Positions 18,681 through 29,277 of a stretch of 64,000 bases of DNA are shown piece after piece. Made by a program: the position numbers and the translations under genes. The notes under the pieces were generated by a model. That model was not told the DNA's origin. It saw only the letters and a list, made by a program, of their open reading frames with translations, and ran no database searches. The stretch comes from Candidatus Methylomirabilota bacterium (lineage in GTDB: Bacteria > Methylomirabilota > Methylomirabilia > Rokubacteriales > CSP1-6): NCBI GenBank assembly GCA_036556545.1, contig DATBJF010000020.1:24869-88868 (forward strand). The letters run 5' to 3'. Position 1 is the stretch's first letter. Every line of letters begins with the position of its first letter.

Positions 18681-20128
18681 CGGAGGTCGGGCTCGCGAGC
18701 GGCGCGGGTCTGGTCGAGGCGGCGGACGGGCGTGGTGACGGGCGCGTCGTGGATGACGGCCGGCTCGCGCTCGGCCTCGCGGGCGATCCGGATCATGGCG
18801 TCGCAGAACGCGTCGAGCGTCTCCTTCGACTCCGTCTCCGTGGGCTCGATCATCAGCGCTTCCTCGACAATCAGCGGGAAGTACGTCGACGGCGCGTAGA
18901 AGCCGAGGTCGAGCAGCCGCTTGGCGATGTCGGTGGCCGTCACGCCGACCTTCTTCTGCCGGCGCGCCGACATGACGCACTCGTGCATGCACGGCCCGGG
19001 CACCGAGACGTCGTAGTCGGCCTCGAGCCGCTTCATGATGTAGTTCGCATTCAAGACGGCGTTGTCGGAGACGCTGCGCAGCCCGTCGGCGCCCATCGTC
19101 CGGATGTAGGCGTAGGCGCGCACGAGCATCCCGAAGTTGCCCCAGAAGGCCTGCAGCTTGCCGATGGACTTCGGCCGCTTCCAGTCGCGTGCGTACGTCT
19201 CGCCGTCCTTGACGACGACCGGCGTCGGCAGGAACGGCTCGAGGTGCGACTTGATCCCCACCGGCCCCGCCCCGGGCCCCCCGCCGCCGTGCGGCGTGGT
19301 GAAGGTCTTGTGGAGATTGAAGTGGCAGACGTCGAACCCGAGGTCGCCGGGCCGCGTGATGCCGAGAATGGCGTTCAGATTGGCGCCGTCCATGTACACC
19401 TGCACGCCCTTCGCGTGACAGATCTCGGTGATCTCCATGATCCGCGGCTCGAACATGCCGAGCGTGTTCGGCACCGTGATCATGAAGGCCGCCACGTCGG
19501 GGGCCACCTCACGCGCGAGGGACTCCACGTCCACCTCGCCGTTCGGCAGCGACTTCACCTCCACCACCTCGTAGCCGGCGATCGCCGTGGAGGCGGGGTT
19601 GGTGCCGTGCGCCGAGTCGGGGATGAGCACCTTCGTCCGCTTCTCGCCGCGCGACCGGTGATACGCGCGGATCATGAGCACCCCGGCGAACTCGCCCTGG
19701 GCGCCGGCCGCCGGCTGCAGCGACACGGCGTCCATGCCGGCGACCTCCGCGAGCATCGCCGCGAGGTCGTACATCAGCCGGAGGGCGCCCTGAGCGTCCT
19801 CGTCCCGCACCAGCGGGTGGAGCCGCGCGAAGCCCGCCAGGCGCGCCATGTCCTCGTTGATCTTCGGGTTGTACTTCATCGTGCACGATCCGAGCGGATA
19901 GAAATGCGTGTCGACGCCGTAGTTCATCCGTGACAGGCGCGAGTAGTGGCGCACCACGTCGAACTCCGAGACCTCGGGCAGCGCGGCCGCCGCCCCGCGC
20001 AGGTGCTTCTTCGGCAGCAGCTCGGTCACCGGCCGGGCGGGCACGTCGCTCTCGGGCAGCGAGAAGCCGACGCGGCCGGGCGAGGACAGCTCGAACACCA
20101 GCTTGTCGTACGCGTTCGGCACGCTCAC
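18662..20128 (-). CDS. gcvPB: Glycine dehydrogenase (decarboxylating) subunit 2
   Basis: 488 aa. Conserved [13 protein letters not shown] and HLNLHKTF-type ([19 protein letters not shown]) PLP-lysine region. Confidence 0.9.
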   Translation of the reverse strand: MSVPNAYDKLVFELSSPGRVGFSLPESDVPARPVTELLPKKHLRGAAAALPEVSEFDVVRHYSRLSRMNYGVDTHFYPLGSCTMKYNPKINEDMARLAGFARLHPLVRDEDAQGALRLMYDLAAMLAEVAGMDAVSLQPAAGAQGEFAGVLMIRAYHRSRGEKRTKVLIPDSAHGTNPASTAIAGYEVVEVKSLPNGEVDVESLAREVAPDVAAFMITVPNTLGMFEPRIMEITEICHAKGVQVYMDGANLNAILGITRPGDLGFDVCHFNLHKTFTTPHGGGGPGAGPVGIKSHLEPFLPTPVVVKDGETYARDWKRPKSIGKLQAFWGNFGMLVRAYAYIRTMGADGLRSVSDNAVLNANYIMKRLEADYDVSVPGPCMHECVMSARRQKKVGVTATDIAKRLLDLGFYAPSTYFPLIVEEALMIEPTETESKETLDAFCDAMIRIAREAEREPAVIHDAPVTTPVRRLDQTRAAREPDLRWSPRS

Positions 20129-21474
20129 TTCAGCACCTCCGCCAGCGCCGACGCATAGGCGTCGATCTCTTCCCGTGTCCGCTGCTCGGTGACCGCCACC
20201 AGCAGCGAGTCGGCCAGCGTCTTGTCGTAGCTTCGGAGCGGCACACCGGGCAGGATCCGCCGCCTGGCGAGCCTGGCCACCACCGTGGCCGGCGACTTCG
20301 GCAGCCGCAGTGCGAACTCCTTGAAGAACGGCTGCGCGAATCGGAGCGACACGCCGGGGATCTTCGTGAGCTGCTCAGCCGCGTAGTGGGCCTTGGCGGT
20401 GGACAGCTCGCCCACGCGCGAGAGCCCCTGCTTGCCGAGAATGGCCAGGTAGATCGTGGCCATGAGCGCGCAGAGCGCGACGTTCGTACAGATGTTCGAC
20501 GTCGCCTTGGCGCGCCGGATGTGCTGCTCGCGCGTCTGGAGCGTCAGCACGAAGCCACGCGCGCCGTCGCGGTCGACGGTGGCGCCGACGAGACGGCCGG
20601 GTATCCGGCGCACGAGCGCGCTCTTGGCGGCGAAGACGCCGAGGTTCGGGCCGCCGAACGACATCGGCACGCCGAGCCCCTGGCCCTCGCCGACGACGAT
20701 GTCGGCGCCGAGCCGGCCGGGCCCTTCGAGCACGCCGAGATTCACGGGGTCGGCCACCACGACCAGGAGCGCACCGGCGGCGTGCGCCAGCTCGGCGGCG
20801 GCCGCCACGTCCTCGAGGACACCGTAGAAGTTCGGGGACTGGATCACCAGCGCCGCCGTCTTGCCGGTGACGACCTTCTTCGCGGCATCGGCGTCGAGCA
20901 CGCCCTCGGGCGCGGGCACGTCGCGCAGCGTGATGCCGGCGCCCTCGCAGTACGTCTCCACGACCTCGCGGTAGAGCGGATTCACGCCGCGCGCCAGGAC
21001 GACCTCGCGGCGATCCGTGGCCGCGTGCGCCATGAGGACCGCTTCCGCCAGCGAGGAGGCGCCGTCGTAAATGGACGCGTTCGCCACGTCCATGCCCGTC
21101 AGCTCGGCGATCATCGTCTGGTACTCGTAGATCGTGCGCAGCGTGCCCTGACTGGCTTCCGGCTGGTAGGGCGTGTAGGCCGTGAAGAACTCGCCGCGCG
21201 AGATCAGATGGTTGATCGGGCTCGGCACGTAGTGGTCGTACGAGCCGGCGCCGACGAAGCACGCGAAGCGGTCGGCGTCGGCGTTCGTCGCCGCCAGCGC
21301 CCGCATGTGGCGCACCAGGTCGGCCTCGGCGAGCGCGGGCGGCAGCGACAGCGGCCGCGAGAGCCGCGCCTTGGGCGGGATCTTCACGAGCAGGTCCTCG
21401 ATCGAGGCCGCGCCGATCGTCCTCAGCATGTCGCGCTGCTCGGCCGGCGTGTTGGCGATGTAGCGGGATGCCAT
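20125..21474 (-). CDS. gcvPA: Glycine dehydrogenase (decarboxylating) subunit 1
   Basis: Start at [13 protein letters not shown] (21474). 449 aa. Overlaps both neighbours. Confidence 0.9.
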   Translation of the reverse strand: MASRYIANTPAEQRDMLRTIGAASIEDLLVKIPPKARLSRPLSLPPALAEADLVRHMRALAATNADADRFACFVGAGSYDHYVPSPINHLISRGEFFTAYTPYQPEASQGTLRTIYEYQTMIAELTGMDVANASIYDGASSLAEAVLMAHAATDRREVVLARGVNPLYREVVETYCEGAGITLRDVPAPEGVLDADAAKKVVTGKTAALVIQSPNFYGVLEDVAAAAELAHAAGALLVVVADPVNLGVLEGPGRLGADIVVGEGQGLGVPMSFGGPNLGVFAAKSALVRRIPGRLVGATVDRDGARGFVLTLQTREQHIRRAKATSNICTNVALCALMATIYLAILGKQGLSRVGELSTAKAHYAAEQLTKIPGVSLRFAQPFFKEFALRLPKSPATVVARLARRRILPGVPLRSYDKTLADSLLVAVTEQRTREEIDAYASALAEVLK

Positions 21475-21866
21475 CAGTGGGCGGCCTCCGCCACGAACTT
21501 CTCGTACTGCGGCGCCGACATCAGCTGATCCCACTCCCCCGCGTTCGACGGCTTCACCACGATCATCCAGCCCTTGCCGTACGGGTCCTTGTTCACCGTC
21601 TCCGGCTTCTGGGGCAGCTCGGCGTTGGTCTCGACCACCTCGCCCGAGATCGGCGCGAAGAGATCCGAGACCGCCTTCACCGACTCCACGACGCCGAAGG
21701 CCTGGTGGGCCGTCACCTTGGCGCCCACCTTCGGCAGCTCGACGAACACGACGTCGCCCAGCTGCTCCTGCGCGTACGCGGTGATGCCGACGCGGATGCG
21801 GTCGCCTTCACGCTTCGCCCACTCGTGCTCTTTGGTGTATTTCAGCTCTGCGGGGACGTTGGCCAT
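21474..21866 (-). CDS. gcvH: Glycine cleavage system H protein
   Basis: Lipoyl-lysine motif VESVKAVSD. 130 aa. Confidence 0.9.
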   Translation of the reverse strand: MANVPAELKYTKEHEWAKREGDRIRVGITAYAQEQLGDVVFVELPKVGAKVTAHQAFGVVESVKAVSDLFAPISGEVVETNAELPQKPETVNKDPYGKGWMIVVKPSNAGEWDQLMSAPQYEKFVAEAAH

Positions 21867-21888
21867 GGGCAGCAGTCCTCCGAACGCG

Positions 21889-22989
21889 TTATTTCCTGGT
21901 CCGTGACGGATGGAACGGAGTCTTCACCACGCGCGCCGGCTTCGCCTGGCCGCGGATCTCCACGCCCACCTCGGTGCCGACGGCGGACTGGGCGGCGGCG
22001 ACGTACGCCAAGGCGATGTAGCGGTCGACCGAGGGACCGTACGATCCCGAGGTGACGGTGCCGATGGAGGCGCCGCCGTGAACGACGGGGTAGCCGTGGC
22101 GCGCCACCGCGCGCTCGGCCATCTCGAGACCGACGAGGCGCCGCGTCACGCCGGCAGCGCGAACCTTCTCGATGGCGTCGCGGCCGATGAAGTTGCCCTT
22201 CGCCGGCTTCACGATCCAGCCGAGCCCGGCTTCGAGCGGGTTCGTGGTCGCGTCGATGTCGTTCCCGTAGAGGGCGTAGCGCATCTCCAGGCGCAGCGTG
22301 TCGCGCGCCCCGAGCCCGATCGGCGCCACGCCGTGCGACCGTCCGCCCTCGAGCAGCGCGGCCCACAGCCGCGGCGTGTCGGCCGCCGACACGTACAGCT
22401 CGAAGCCGTCTTCGCCCGTGTAGCCGGTGCGCGAGATCAGCGTGCGCACCCCACCCACCACGCCGTGAAGGAAGCGGTAATAGCCGATGTCCGTGACGTC
22501 GCGGTCGGCGAGCGAGCCGACGAGCGCCTCCGCCTTCGGTCCCTGCACGGCGATCAGGCCCGTATCGGCCGAGACGTTGCGCCACCGTGCGCCGCCGGTG
22601 TGCGTCGTCACCCACGCCCAGTCCTTGTCGATGTTGCCCGCGTTGACCGTGAGCATGTAGCGCTCGGCGCCGAGGCGATAGACGGTGAGGTCGTCCACGA
22701 TCCCGCCGTCGGGGTAGCACAGCGCGGAGTACTGGACCTGACCGATGTCGAGCGCGGAGACATCGTTCGTCGTGAGCGACTGCACCGCCGTCAGGGCCTG
22801 CGGCCCATCGACCTCGAACTCGCCCATGTGGCTGACGTCGAAGAGTCCGACGGACGCACGCACCGTGCGATGCTCCTCGACGATACCGGCGTACTGCACG
22901 GGCATTTCCCAGCCGCCGAACGGCACCATGCGGGCGCCGGCCTTGACGTGCGCGTCGTAAAGTGGTGTGCGCTTCAACGGGCTGTTCAC
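21889..22989 (-). CDS. gcvT: Aminomethyltransferase (glycine cleavage T protein)
   Basis: LKRTPLYDAHVKAGARMVPFGGWEMPVQY. GTG 22989 is preferred because GAGG lies 5 nt upstream. ATG 23043 is the longest alternative. Confidence 0.85.
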   Translation of the reverse strand: MNSPLKRTPLYDAHVKAGARMVPFGGWEMPVQYAGIVEEHRTVRASVGLFDVSHMGEFEVDGPQALTAVQSLTTNDVSALDIGQVQYSALCYPDGGIVDDLTVYRLGAERYMLTVNAGNIDKDWAWVTTHTGGARWRNVSADTGLIAVQGPKAEALVGSLADRDVTDIGYYRFLHGVVGGVRTLISRTGYTGEDGFELYVSAADTPRLWAALLEGGRSHGVAPIGLGARDTLRLEMRYALYGNDIDATTNPLEAGLGWIVKPAKGNFIGRDAIEKVRAAGVTRRLVGLEMAERAVARHGYPVVHGGASIGTVTSGSYGPSVDRYIALAYVAAAQSAVGTEVGVEIRGQAKPARVVKTPFHPSRTRK

Positions 22990-23066
22990 GAGCGCCTCAG
23001 TAGACCATCCCGGTCCGGGGGGGTCAAGGCCCCGAACCGGCATCCCTCTTGCTAAATAACGAGAGC

Positions 23067-23462
23067 ATGAAGGAGAAGCGCGTGCCGCAGCGACCGCGGG
23101 TGCTGCTGGTGGAAGATGCCGGCGACATCCGTGAGGTCTTTCAAATGCTCTTGGAAGCTGAAGGAGCGGACGTGGTGGCCACCGGAAGCGGCCACGAAGC
23201 GGCGCGCCTGGCCGAACGCGAGGACTTCGACGTACTTCTTACCGATCTCGGCCTCCCGGACATTTCGGGCGAAATGGTGATCCGTCAGACCATCCGAAAT
23301 GCCCGGCGCCGCCCGCGGATCGTGGTGGTGACGGGCTATGACGAGCCGTTCACCAGCCGGGCGCGCGCGGCCGGCGCCGATGTCGTCCTCACCAAGCCCG
23401 TCCTCTGGTCGTCGCTGGTCGAGGAGCTCGCCCTCGACCAGGACGACAAGGTGGCGGCCTGA
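23067..23462 (+). CDS. Single-domain response regulator (CheY-like)
   Basis: VLLVEDAGD, acceptor context VLLTDLGLPD, conserved Lys in VLTKPV. ATG 23067 chosen over the TTG at 23049. Confidence 0.8.
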   Translation: MKEKRVPQRPRVLLVEDAGDIREVFQMLLEAEGADVVATGSGHEAARLAEREDFDVLLTDLGLPDISGEMVIRQTIRNARRRPRIVVVTGYDEPFTSRARAAGADVVLTKPVLWSSLVEELALDQDDKVAA

Positions 23463-23483
23463 CCCTGTAAGTTTTTTCGCAGG

Positions 23484-24809
23484 TCACGCCCTGGCGAGGA
23501 CACGCGCGAGGGCGTTCACGAAGCGGTCCACGTCCTCGTCGCTCATCGCCAGTGAGCACGCCCCCAGGCCACGCTGTGTCAGCAGGATGCCTTCGTTGAT
23601 GAGCCCCACGAAGACACGGAGCGCGGTCTCGGAATCCTTTGCGCGCGTCGAGCGGTAGTCGGTCAGCGTCTCCGACGTCCAGTGCAGCCAGAGCAGCGAG
23701 CCCACGCCGGTCACCTGCCCCTTGCGCCGCGTGTTCGCGAAGAGCCGCCCGATGCCGCCGCGCAGACGCTCACCGAGCGCGTCGAGCCGCCCGTACGCCT
23801 CGGGCGTGAGCACGTTCAGCGTGGCCACGCCGGCGGCCATGGTGACGGGATTCGCGTTGAAGGTGCCGCCCTGGCTGATGCGCGGCCCCGTCTTGCGCGG
23901 ATCGTAGAAGTCCATGATGTCGCGCCGGCCGCCGAACGCGCCGACCGGTAGCCCACCGCCGATCACCTTGCCGAGCGTGGTGAGATCGGGCCGGATGCCG
24001 AAGCGCTCCTGCGCGCCGCCCCACGCCACCCGGAACGAGATCACCTCGTCGAAGATCAGCACGATGCCCCGACGCTCGGTCTCCTCGCGCAGGAACTGGA
24101 GGAATCCCTCGGCGGGCGGCACGAGCCCGGCGTTGCAGAGCAGCGGATCCACGATGAGGCCGGCGATCTGCTCGCCCTCCCGCGCCAGGATCTCGGCGCA
24201 CGCCTCGCGATCGTTCCACGGCAGCACCACCGTGTGCTTCAGCACCGCCGGCGGGATACCGGACGACGACGCCACGGGCTTCGGCCGCTTGCGGTTCCCG
24301 GCCGTCTTCGGATCCGGCGTCACGCTCACCATCACCCAGTCGTGGGTGCCGTGGAAGGCGCCCTCGAACTTGGCGAGCTTCGGGCGACCGGTGAAAGCGC
24401 GGGCAAGGCGCACCGCGTTCATCGTGGCCTCGGTCCCGGAGTTGGTGAAACGCACGCTCTCGAGCGACGGGATGCGACGCGTCAGCATCTCGGCCAGGCG
24501 GATCTCGTGCTCGGTCGGGCCCGGGAACGACAGCCCGTTCTCCGCGACGGCCTGCACGGCCTTGATGACGTCCGGATGCGCGTGGCCGATGACGAGGCTG
24601 GTGTAGTTGTTGTTGAAGTCGATCCGCTCGGTGCCGTCGGCGTCCCAGATGTGGGCGCCCTGCCCGCGCTGGAAGTAGAACGGGTACGGATCGAAGAACG
24701 TCGTCGTCCGGCTGTTGCCGCCGGGCATGACGCCCACCGCTTCCTCGTGCAGCGCGCGGGAGCGGGAGGTTTTCGCGGTGTACTCGGCCAGCTCCTTGTC
24801 CAGGCTCAT
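23484..24809 (-). CDS. Class-III aminotransferase, glutamate-1-semialdehyde 2,1-aminomutase-like
   Basis: Start MSLDKEL (24809, ATGA overlap). GGNSRTT...IWDADG...IDFNNNYTSLVIGH is typical of the HemL-like family. Confidence 0.8.
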   Translation of the reverse strand: MSLDKELAEYTAKTSRSRALHEEAVGVMPGGNSRTTTFFDPYPFYFQRGQGAHIWDADGTERIDFNNNYTSLVIGHAHPDVIKAVQAVAENGLSFPGPTEHEIRLAEMLTRRIPSLESVRFTNSGTEATMNAVRLARAFTGRPKLAKFEGAFHGTHDWVMVSVTPDPKTAGNRKRPKPVASSSGIPPAVLKHTVVLPWNDREACAEILAREGEQIAGLIVDPLLCNAGLVPPAEGFLQFLREETERRGIVLIFDEVISFRVAWGGAQERFGIRPDLTTLGKVIGGGLPVGAFGGRRDIMDFYDPRKTGPRISQGGTFNANPVTMAAGVATLNVLTPEAYGRLDALGERLRGGIGRLFANTRRKGQVTGVGSLLWLHWTSETLTDYRSTRAKDSETALRVFVGLINEGILLTQRGLGACSLAMSDEDVDRFVNALARVLARA

Positions 24810-25747
24810 GAGGCGATCTCCTGTAGCTCGACGTTGGCGATGTCGGCGGCCGCGGCACGGAACAGCCGCTGCGCCTCGGCGACGTCGACGGCGGTGAAGC
24901 GGACGCGCTGGCCCGGCTTGGCCTGGCCCACGCGAGGGATGTCGAACGAGCACACGGTGGCGATCTTGGTGTAGCCACCTGTCGTTTGCCGATCGACGAG
25001 CAGCACGATGGGCTGTCCGTCTCCGGGCACCTGCACGGCGCCCGGCGCGATCCCGTCGGAGATGATGTCGTGACCCCGAGCGTGAGCGATGCGCGGCCCC
25101 TGGAGCCGGGCGCCCATGCGATCGGACTGCGGCAGCACCTCGTAGGAGCCGCCGAGCAGCGCGGCGATGCCCTCGTCGGTGAAGCGATCGGCCTGCGGTC
25201 CCAGCACGACCCGCAGCACCGGCTCCGGGCGCCAGTCGGGAATCGCCCGCGTCGCCACGGCGCGGCGGCGCGCCGGTCCGGCCGTCGCGCCCAGGCGCAG
25301 CACGTCGTCGCGGCGCAGCGCGCGGCCCTCCAGTCCGCCCAGCCGTCCGCGGAGATAGGTCGCTCGCGAGCCGAGCACGACCGGGACGTCGACGCCGCCG
25401 CCGAAGGCGACGTAGCCGCGGACGCCTGCGCGCGCGGCACCGATCTTCACGACGTCACCGGCCGCCAGCGTCACCGTCGTCCACGCCGCGGCCGGCGCGT
25501 CGTTGACGGTGACCGGGGCATCGGCGCCGGTCACCGCGATGACGCAGGGCGCCTCCGCGCGCAGCCGCGGGCCGATCAGCGTGAACTCGAGCCCGGCGGC
25601 GCCGTCCGGGTTGCCGACGAGCCGGTTGGCGAGCGCGAACGACCGCGCGTCCACGGGCCCCGACGGCGGGATCCCGTAGCGAAGCTGTCCACGGCGGCCA
25701 CCGTCCTGCACCGTCGTCTGCGGCCCCGGCTCGAGCACGCGGATCAT
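24806..25747 (-). CDS. pxpC: 5-oxoprolinase subunit C / allophanate hydrolase subunit 2 (KipA family)
   Basis: MIRVLEPGPQTTVQDGGRRG...GIPPSGPVD N-terminus. ATGA overlap with pxpB. Confidence 0.8.
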   Translation of the reverse strand: MIRVLEPGPQTTVQDGGRRGQLRYGIPPSGPVDARSFALANRLVGNPDGAAGLEFTLIGPRLRAEAPCVIAVTGADAPVTVNDAPAAAWTTVTLAAGDVVKIGAARAGVRGYVAFGGGVDVPVVLGSRATYLRGRLGGLEGRALRRDDVLRLGATAGPARRRAVATRAIPDWRPEPVLRVVLGPQADRFTDEGIAALLGGSYEVLPQSDRMGARLQGPRIAHARGHDIISDGIAPGAVQVPGDGQPIVLLVDRQTTGGYTKIATVCSFDIPRVGQAKPGQRVRFTAVDVAEAQRLFRAAAADIANVELQEIAS

Positions 25748-26451
25748 CGGATCACCGGCTGGAACGCTCCGGCGGCCACGCGGGCGGCGATGTCGTCGAA
25801 CTCGGCGCGCTCGACGCGACGAAACCGCACGCGGTCGCCCGGCTTCAGGAGGATCGGCTCGGCGGCGGCCGGATCGTAGAGGCGCAGCGGCGTGCGGCCG
25901 AGCAGCCAGAACCCGCCCGGACTCTCGACCGAGTAGATGCAGCACTGGATGCCGCCGATCCCGACGCTGCTCGCGGGCACCTTGACGCGGGGCGTGTCCA
26001 GGCGCGGAATGGTGAGCCGCGCCGGCGCGCCCGTCATGTACGGAAGCCCGGGCGTGAAGCCGATGAAGTAGACGAGATACTCGGCGCCGGCGTGCAGGCG
26101 CACCAGCTCGTCGGGGTCGAGCTCCAGACGGCGCGCGGCCGGCTCGAGGTCCGGCCCCAGCTCGCCGCCGTAGCAGCACGGCAGCTCCACCTCTCGCGCC
26201 GGCGGCATGGCCGTCGCCGCCGCCTGCTCGGCGAGCGGCGCCAGGGCGCGACAGAGCGCGTCGTAGCCTACTACAGTCGGGTCGTAGTAGACCTGCAGCG
26301 CGCGATAGGAAGGCACGGTTTCCATGACGCCCGCCAACGCCTTCTGCTCGATCAGGAATTCCAGCGCCCGGACGCGCGTATTGACGTCCACGCTGATGTC
26401 GTCGCCGAGCTCGACGGAGAGAGCGAGGTCCCCGGTCGGCAGAAACCGCAA
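25744..26451 (-). CDS. pxpB: 5-oxoprolinase subunit B / allophanate hydrolase subunit 1 (KipI family)
   Basis: PSYRALQVYYDP, FTPGLPYM and GGIQCCIYS motifs. Confidence 0.8.
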   Translation of the reverse strand: MRFLPTGDLALSVELGDDISVDVNTRVRALEFLIEQKALAGVMETVPSYRALQVYYDPTVVGYDALCRALAPLAEQAAATAMPPAREVELPCCYGGELGPDLEPAARRLELDPDELVRLHAGAEYLVYFIGFTPGLPYMTGAPARLTIPRLDTPRVKVPASSVGIGGIQCCIYSVESPGGFWLLGRTPLRLYDPAAAEPILLKPGDRVRFRRVERAEFDDIAARVAAGAFQPVIR

Positions 26452-26452
26452 G

Positions 26453-27241
26453 CTAGAAGGCGGCCAGCGTGGCGTTCGGGATATCCGTGATGAACATGTG
26501 GCCGGGGCTGTGGGTCAGCATGAACGGGGGCTTCGACTTCAGCGCGACGGCCTGCGGCGTCACGCCGCACGCCCAGAATACGGGCACGTCCCCGGGCGCG
26601 AACGGCTGTGCGTCGCCCCAGTCGGGCCGCGTGATGTCCTTGATGCCGATGGCCGCGGGATCACCGACGTGGATCGGCGCGCCGTGCGCGTTGGGAAAGC
26701 GCGCGCTGGCGGTGACGGCCTTCGACAGCTGCGCGGATGGGATCGGCCGCATCGACACCACCATGGGGCCGTGGAACGCGCCGGCGGGACGGCACTCCAT
26801 CGAGGTCCGCCACATGGCGACGTTCTTGCCGTGCTTGACGTGCCAGAGATCGATGCCCGCTTCGAGCAAGGCCCACTCGAAAGTGAACGAGCAGCCGAGC
26901 AGGAAGGCCACGAGGTCGTCGCGCCAGTACGGCGTGGCGTCGGTCACCTCGTCGGCGAGCACGCCGTCCTTGTAGATGCGATAGCGCGGAAGGTCCGTCC
27001 GCAGATCGGCGCCCGGCGCCACGCCGACCGGCTCCGGCGAGCCGACGTCGGTCACCTCGATGAGCGGGCACGGCCGCGGGTTGCGCTGGCAGAACAGCAG
27101 GAAGTCGTACGCGTGATCCTTCGGCAGCACGGCGAGGTTCGCCTGCACGTGGCCCTGCCCGAGCCCGGCCGTCACGCCGGGCAGCTTGCCGGCGCGGATG
27201 TCCGCCCGGATCTCGCGCGGGTGTCGCGTGTCGATCGCCAT
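26453..27241 (-). CDS. DUF1445 putative hydro-lyase (YcsI / D-glutamate cyclase family)
   Basis: GHVQANLAVLP, FCQRNPRPCPL, VVSMRP, VFWACGVTPQ, HSPGHMFITD. Confidence 0.8.
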   Translation of the reverse strand: MAIDTRHPREIRADIRAGKLPGVTAGLGQGHVQANLAVLPKDHAYDFLLFCQRNPRPCPLIEVTDVGSPEPVGVAPGADLRTDLPRYRIYKDGVLADEVTDATPYWRDDLVAFLLGCSFTFEWALLEAGIDLWHVKHGKNVAMWRTSMECRPAGAFHGPMVVSMRPIPSAQLSKAVTASARFPNAHGAPIHVGDPAAIGIKDITRPDWGDAQPFAPGDVPVFWACGVTPQAVALKSKPPFMLTHSPGHMFITDIPNATLAAF

Positions 27242-27251
27242 CGGGAGGATT

Positions 27252-28232
27252 CTACCTGATTCCCACGCGCGGCCAGACATCGGGGTTGGCCAGGACGTGC
27301 GGGCGCTCGCCGCGCAGCACGCGCAGCATCTCGCTGGTGACCTGCATCGACGCCGTGCGATGCGCCTCGACCGTCACGCCGGCGACGTGCGAGGACACGA
27401 CGACGTTGTCGAGGTTCAGCAGCGGGTTGTCGCGCGAGGTCGGCTCCTCCTCGAAGACGTCGAGGCCGGCCGCGGCCAGCTGCCCCCGCGTCAGCGCCTC
27501 GAACAGCGCGCGCTCCTGCTGGACCGGCCCCCGCGACGTATTGACGAAGATCGCGCCCTTCTTCATGAGCGCCAGCGTCTTGTCGTTGATCATCGCCCGC
27601 GTCTCGTCGGTGAGCGGGGTGTGACACGTGAGGACGTCGACCTGCGGCAGCATGGCGTCGAGGCTCGGCTGCGGCTCCACGCCGCGGCGCTCGAGCTCGT
27701 CGGCGGGCACGTACGGATCGTAGCCGAGCACGCGCATGCCGAGGGCGGCCGCGAACTTCGCCACCCGCCGTCCGATGTTGCCGACGCCCACGATGCCGAG
27801 CGTCTTGCCCTCGAGCTCCACGTTGCCGCCGCGCCGCGCCTGCCAGTCGCCGTCGCGCGTCCAGCGGTCGATCTGCCGCGCGCGCTTCGCGCACATGAGC
27901 ATGAGCATCAGCGCGTGCTCGGCGACGGCCTGCGAGTTGGAGCCCGGCGCATGCACGACGGCGACGCCGAGACGCGTGGCCGCCGGCAGGTCGACGGTAT
28001 CGAGACCGACGCCGTGACGACCGACGACCTTGAGGCGCTTGCACGCGGTCATGAGCGACGCCGAGCAGCGCGGCTTCGCGCGGAACAGGATGCCGTCGGC
28101 CTCGGCCGCTACCTTCAGAAAGGGCGCTTCGGTTTCCTCGTCACACTGCACGACGCGCGCCTCGCGCTCGAGGTTGGCGCGGCCGTCGGCGTGGATCGGA
28201 CCGGCGAGGATGACGAGAGGACGATCGGGCAT
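27252..28232 (-). CDS. D-isomer-specific 2-hydroxyacid dehydrogenase (PGDH-like)
   Basis: Start MPDRPLVIL with AGGAGG 8 nt upstream. GIVGVGNIGRRVA NAD motif. Confidence 0.8.
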   Translation of the reverse strand: MPDRPLVILAGPIHADGRANLEREARVVQCDEETEAPFLKVAAEADGILFRAKPRCSASLMTACKRLKVVGRHGVGLDTVDLPAATRLGVAVVHAPGSNSQAVAEHALMLMLMCAKRARQIDRWTRDGDWQARRGGNVELEGKTLGIVGVGNIGRRVAKFAAALGMRVLGYDPYVPADELERRGVEPQPSLDAMLPQVDVLTCHTPLTDETRAMINDKTLALMKKGAIFVNTSRGPVQQERALFEALTRGQLAAAGLDVFEEEPTSRDNPLLNLDNVVVSSHVAGVTVEAHRTASMQVTSEMLRVLRGERPHVLANPDVWPRVGIR

Positions 28233-28302
28233 CGGAAAGCCTCCTACGCTTGGCGGAACAAGCACTCGCTCTGGAACACGGCGGCTATTATAGTCTCGTT
28301 CG

Positions 28303-29277
28303 ATGACGACACTCGTGACGGGCGCCTTCGGCTGCATCGGCGCCTGGGTCGTGCGCGGCCTCCTCGCCGACGGCGAGCGGCCCATCGCCTTCGATCTCGG
28401 CGACGATCCGTGGCGCATGCGCATGATCGTCGGTCCTGACGCCGCGAGCCGCGTGACGATCGTGCGCGGCGACATCGCCGATCGCGAGCAGCTCACGCGC
28501 GCGGTCGTCGACCACCGGGTCGACACGCTCATTCATCTCGCCGCCTGGCAGGTGCCGCTGTGCCGCCAGGATCCGCCGAAGGGCGCGCTCGTCAACGTGG
28601 TGGGCACCGCCAACGTCTTCGAGGCGGCGCGGGCGACAAACGGCCGCATCCGCCACCTCGTGTACGTCTCCTCGGCGGCCGTGTTCGGCCCGCCGTCGCT
28701 CTATCCGCCCGGTCCCCTCGGCGACGACGCGCCGCCGCGCCCGGCCACGCACTACGGCGTGTACAAGGTCGCCAACGAGGAAACGGCCCGCGTGTACTGG
28801 GCGGACCACGCGCTCGCGTCGGCGGGCTTCCGCCCGCTGAGCGTGTACGGCCCGGGCCGCGACTTCGGCGTGACCGCCGCGCCGACGTTGGCCATGAAGG
28901 CCGCGGTGCTCGGCAAGCCGTTCGAGATCGGCTACGGTGGCGGCACCGACCTGATTTACGCCGCCGACGTCGCGCGCGCGATCATGACCGCGTCGAAGGC
29001 CAAGCTCGACGGCGCCCGCGTCTACAACCTGCACGGCGAGTCCGTGAAGATCGCCGAGGTCATCCGGATCATCGAAGCGGCGTGGCCGCGGGCGAAGGGA
29101 CTGCTCAGCCACGTCGAGGAGGCGCCGCCGTTCGCGGAGGCGCTCGACGACGCGCGCTACCAGCGCGACCTCGGTCCGGCGCCGCGCACGGGCGTCCACG
29201 ACGGCGTCCGCCAGACCCTCGAGGCGTTCGCTCGCCTGTCGTCCGAAGGCCGGCTCGACGCCCGCGAGCTGGCGTGA
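28303..29277 (+). CDS. NAD-dependent epimerase/dehydratase (extended SDR)
   Basis: TGAFGCIGAWV (GxxGxxG) and YGVYK (YxxxK). Confidence 0.75.
   Translation: MTTLVTGAFGCIGAWVVRGLLADGERPIAFDLGDDPWRMRMIVGPDAASRVTIVRGDIADREQLTRAVVDHRVDTLIHLAAWQVPLCRQDPPKGALVNVVGTANVFEAARATNGRIRHLVYVSSAAVFGPPSLYPPGPLGDDAPPRPATHYGVYKVANEETARVYWADHALASAGFRPLSVYGPGRDFGVTAAPTLAMKAAVLGKPFEIGYGGGTDLIYAADVARAIMTASKAKLDGARVYNLHGESVKIAEVIRIIEAAWPRAKGLLSHVEEAPPFAEALDDARYQRDLGPAPRTGVHDGVRQTLEAFARLSSEGRLDARELA

Noticed and set aside
22990-23066. Possible glycine riboswitch upstream of gcvT.
   Set aside because: Only about 77 nt separate gcvT from the divergent response-regulator gene. I see no GGAGAG...CACCG / CTCAGGCAAAAGGAC-type aptamer core in the minus-strand sequence.
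28286-28294. TATTATAGT 9 nt upstream of the epimerase ATG, considered as the -10 box of a leaderless transcript.
   Set aside because: No acceptable -35 lies at 16-19 nt spacing. AT-rich hexamers near start codons in divergent gaps are weak evidence on their own.
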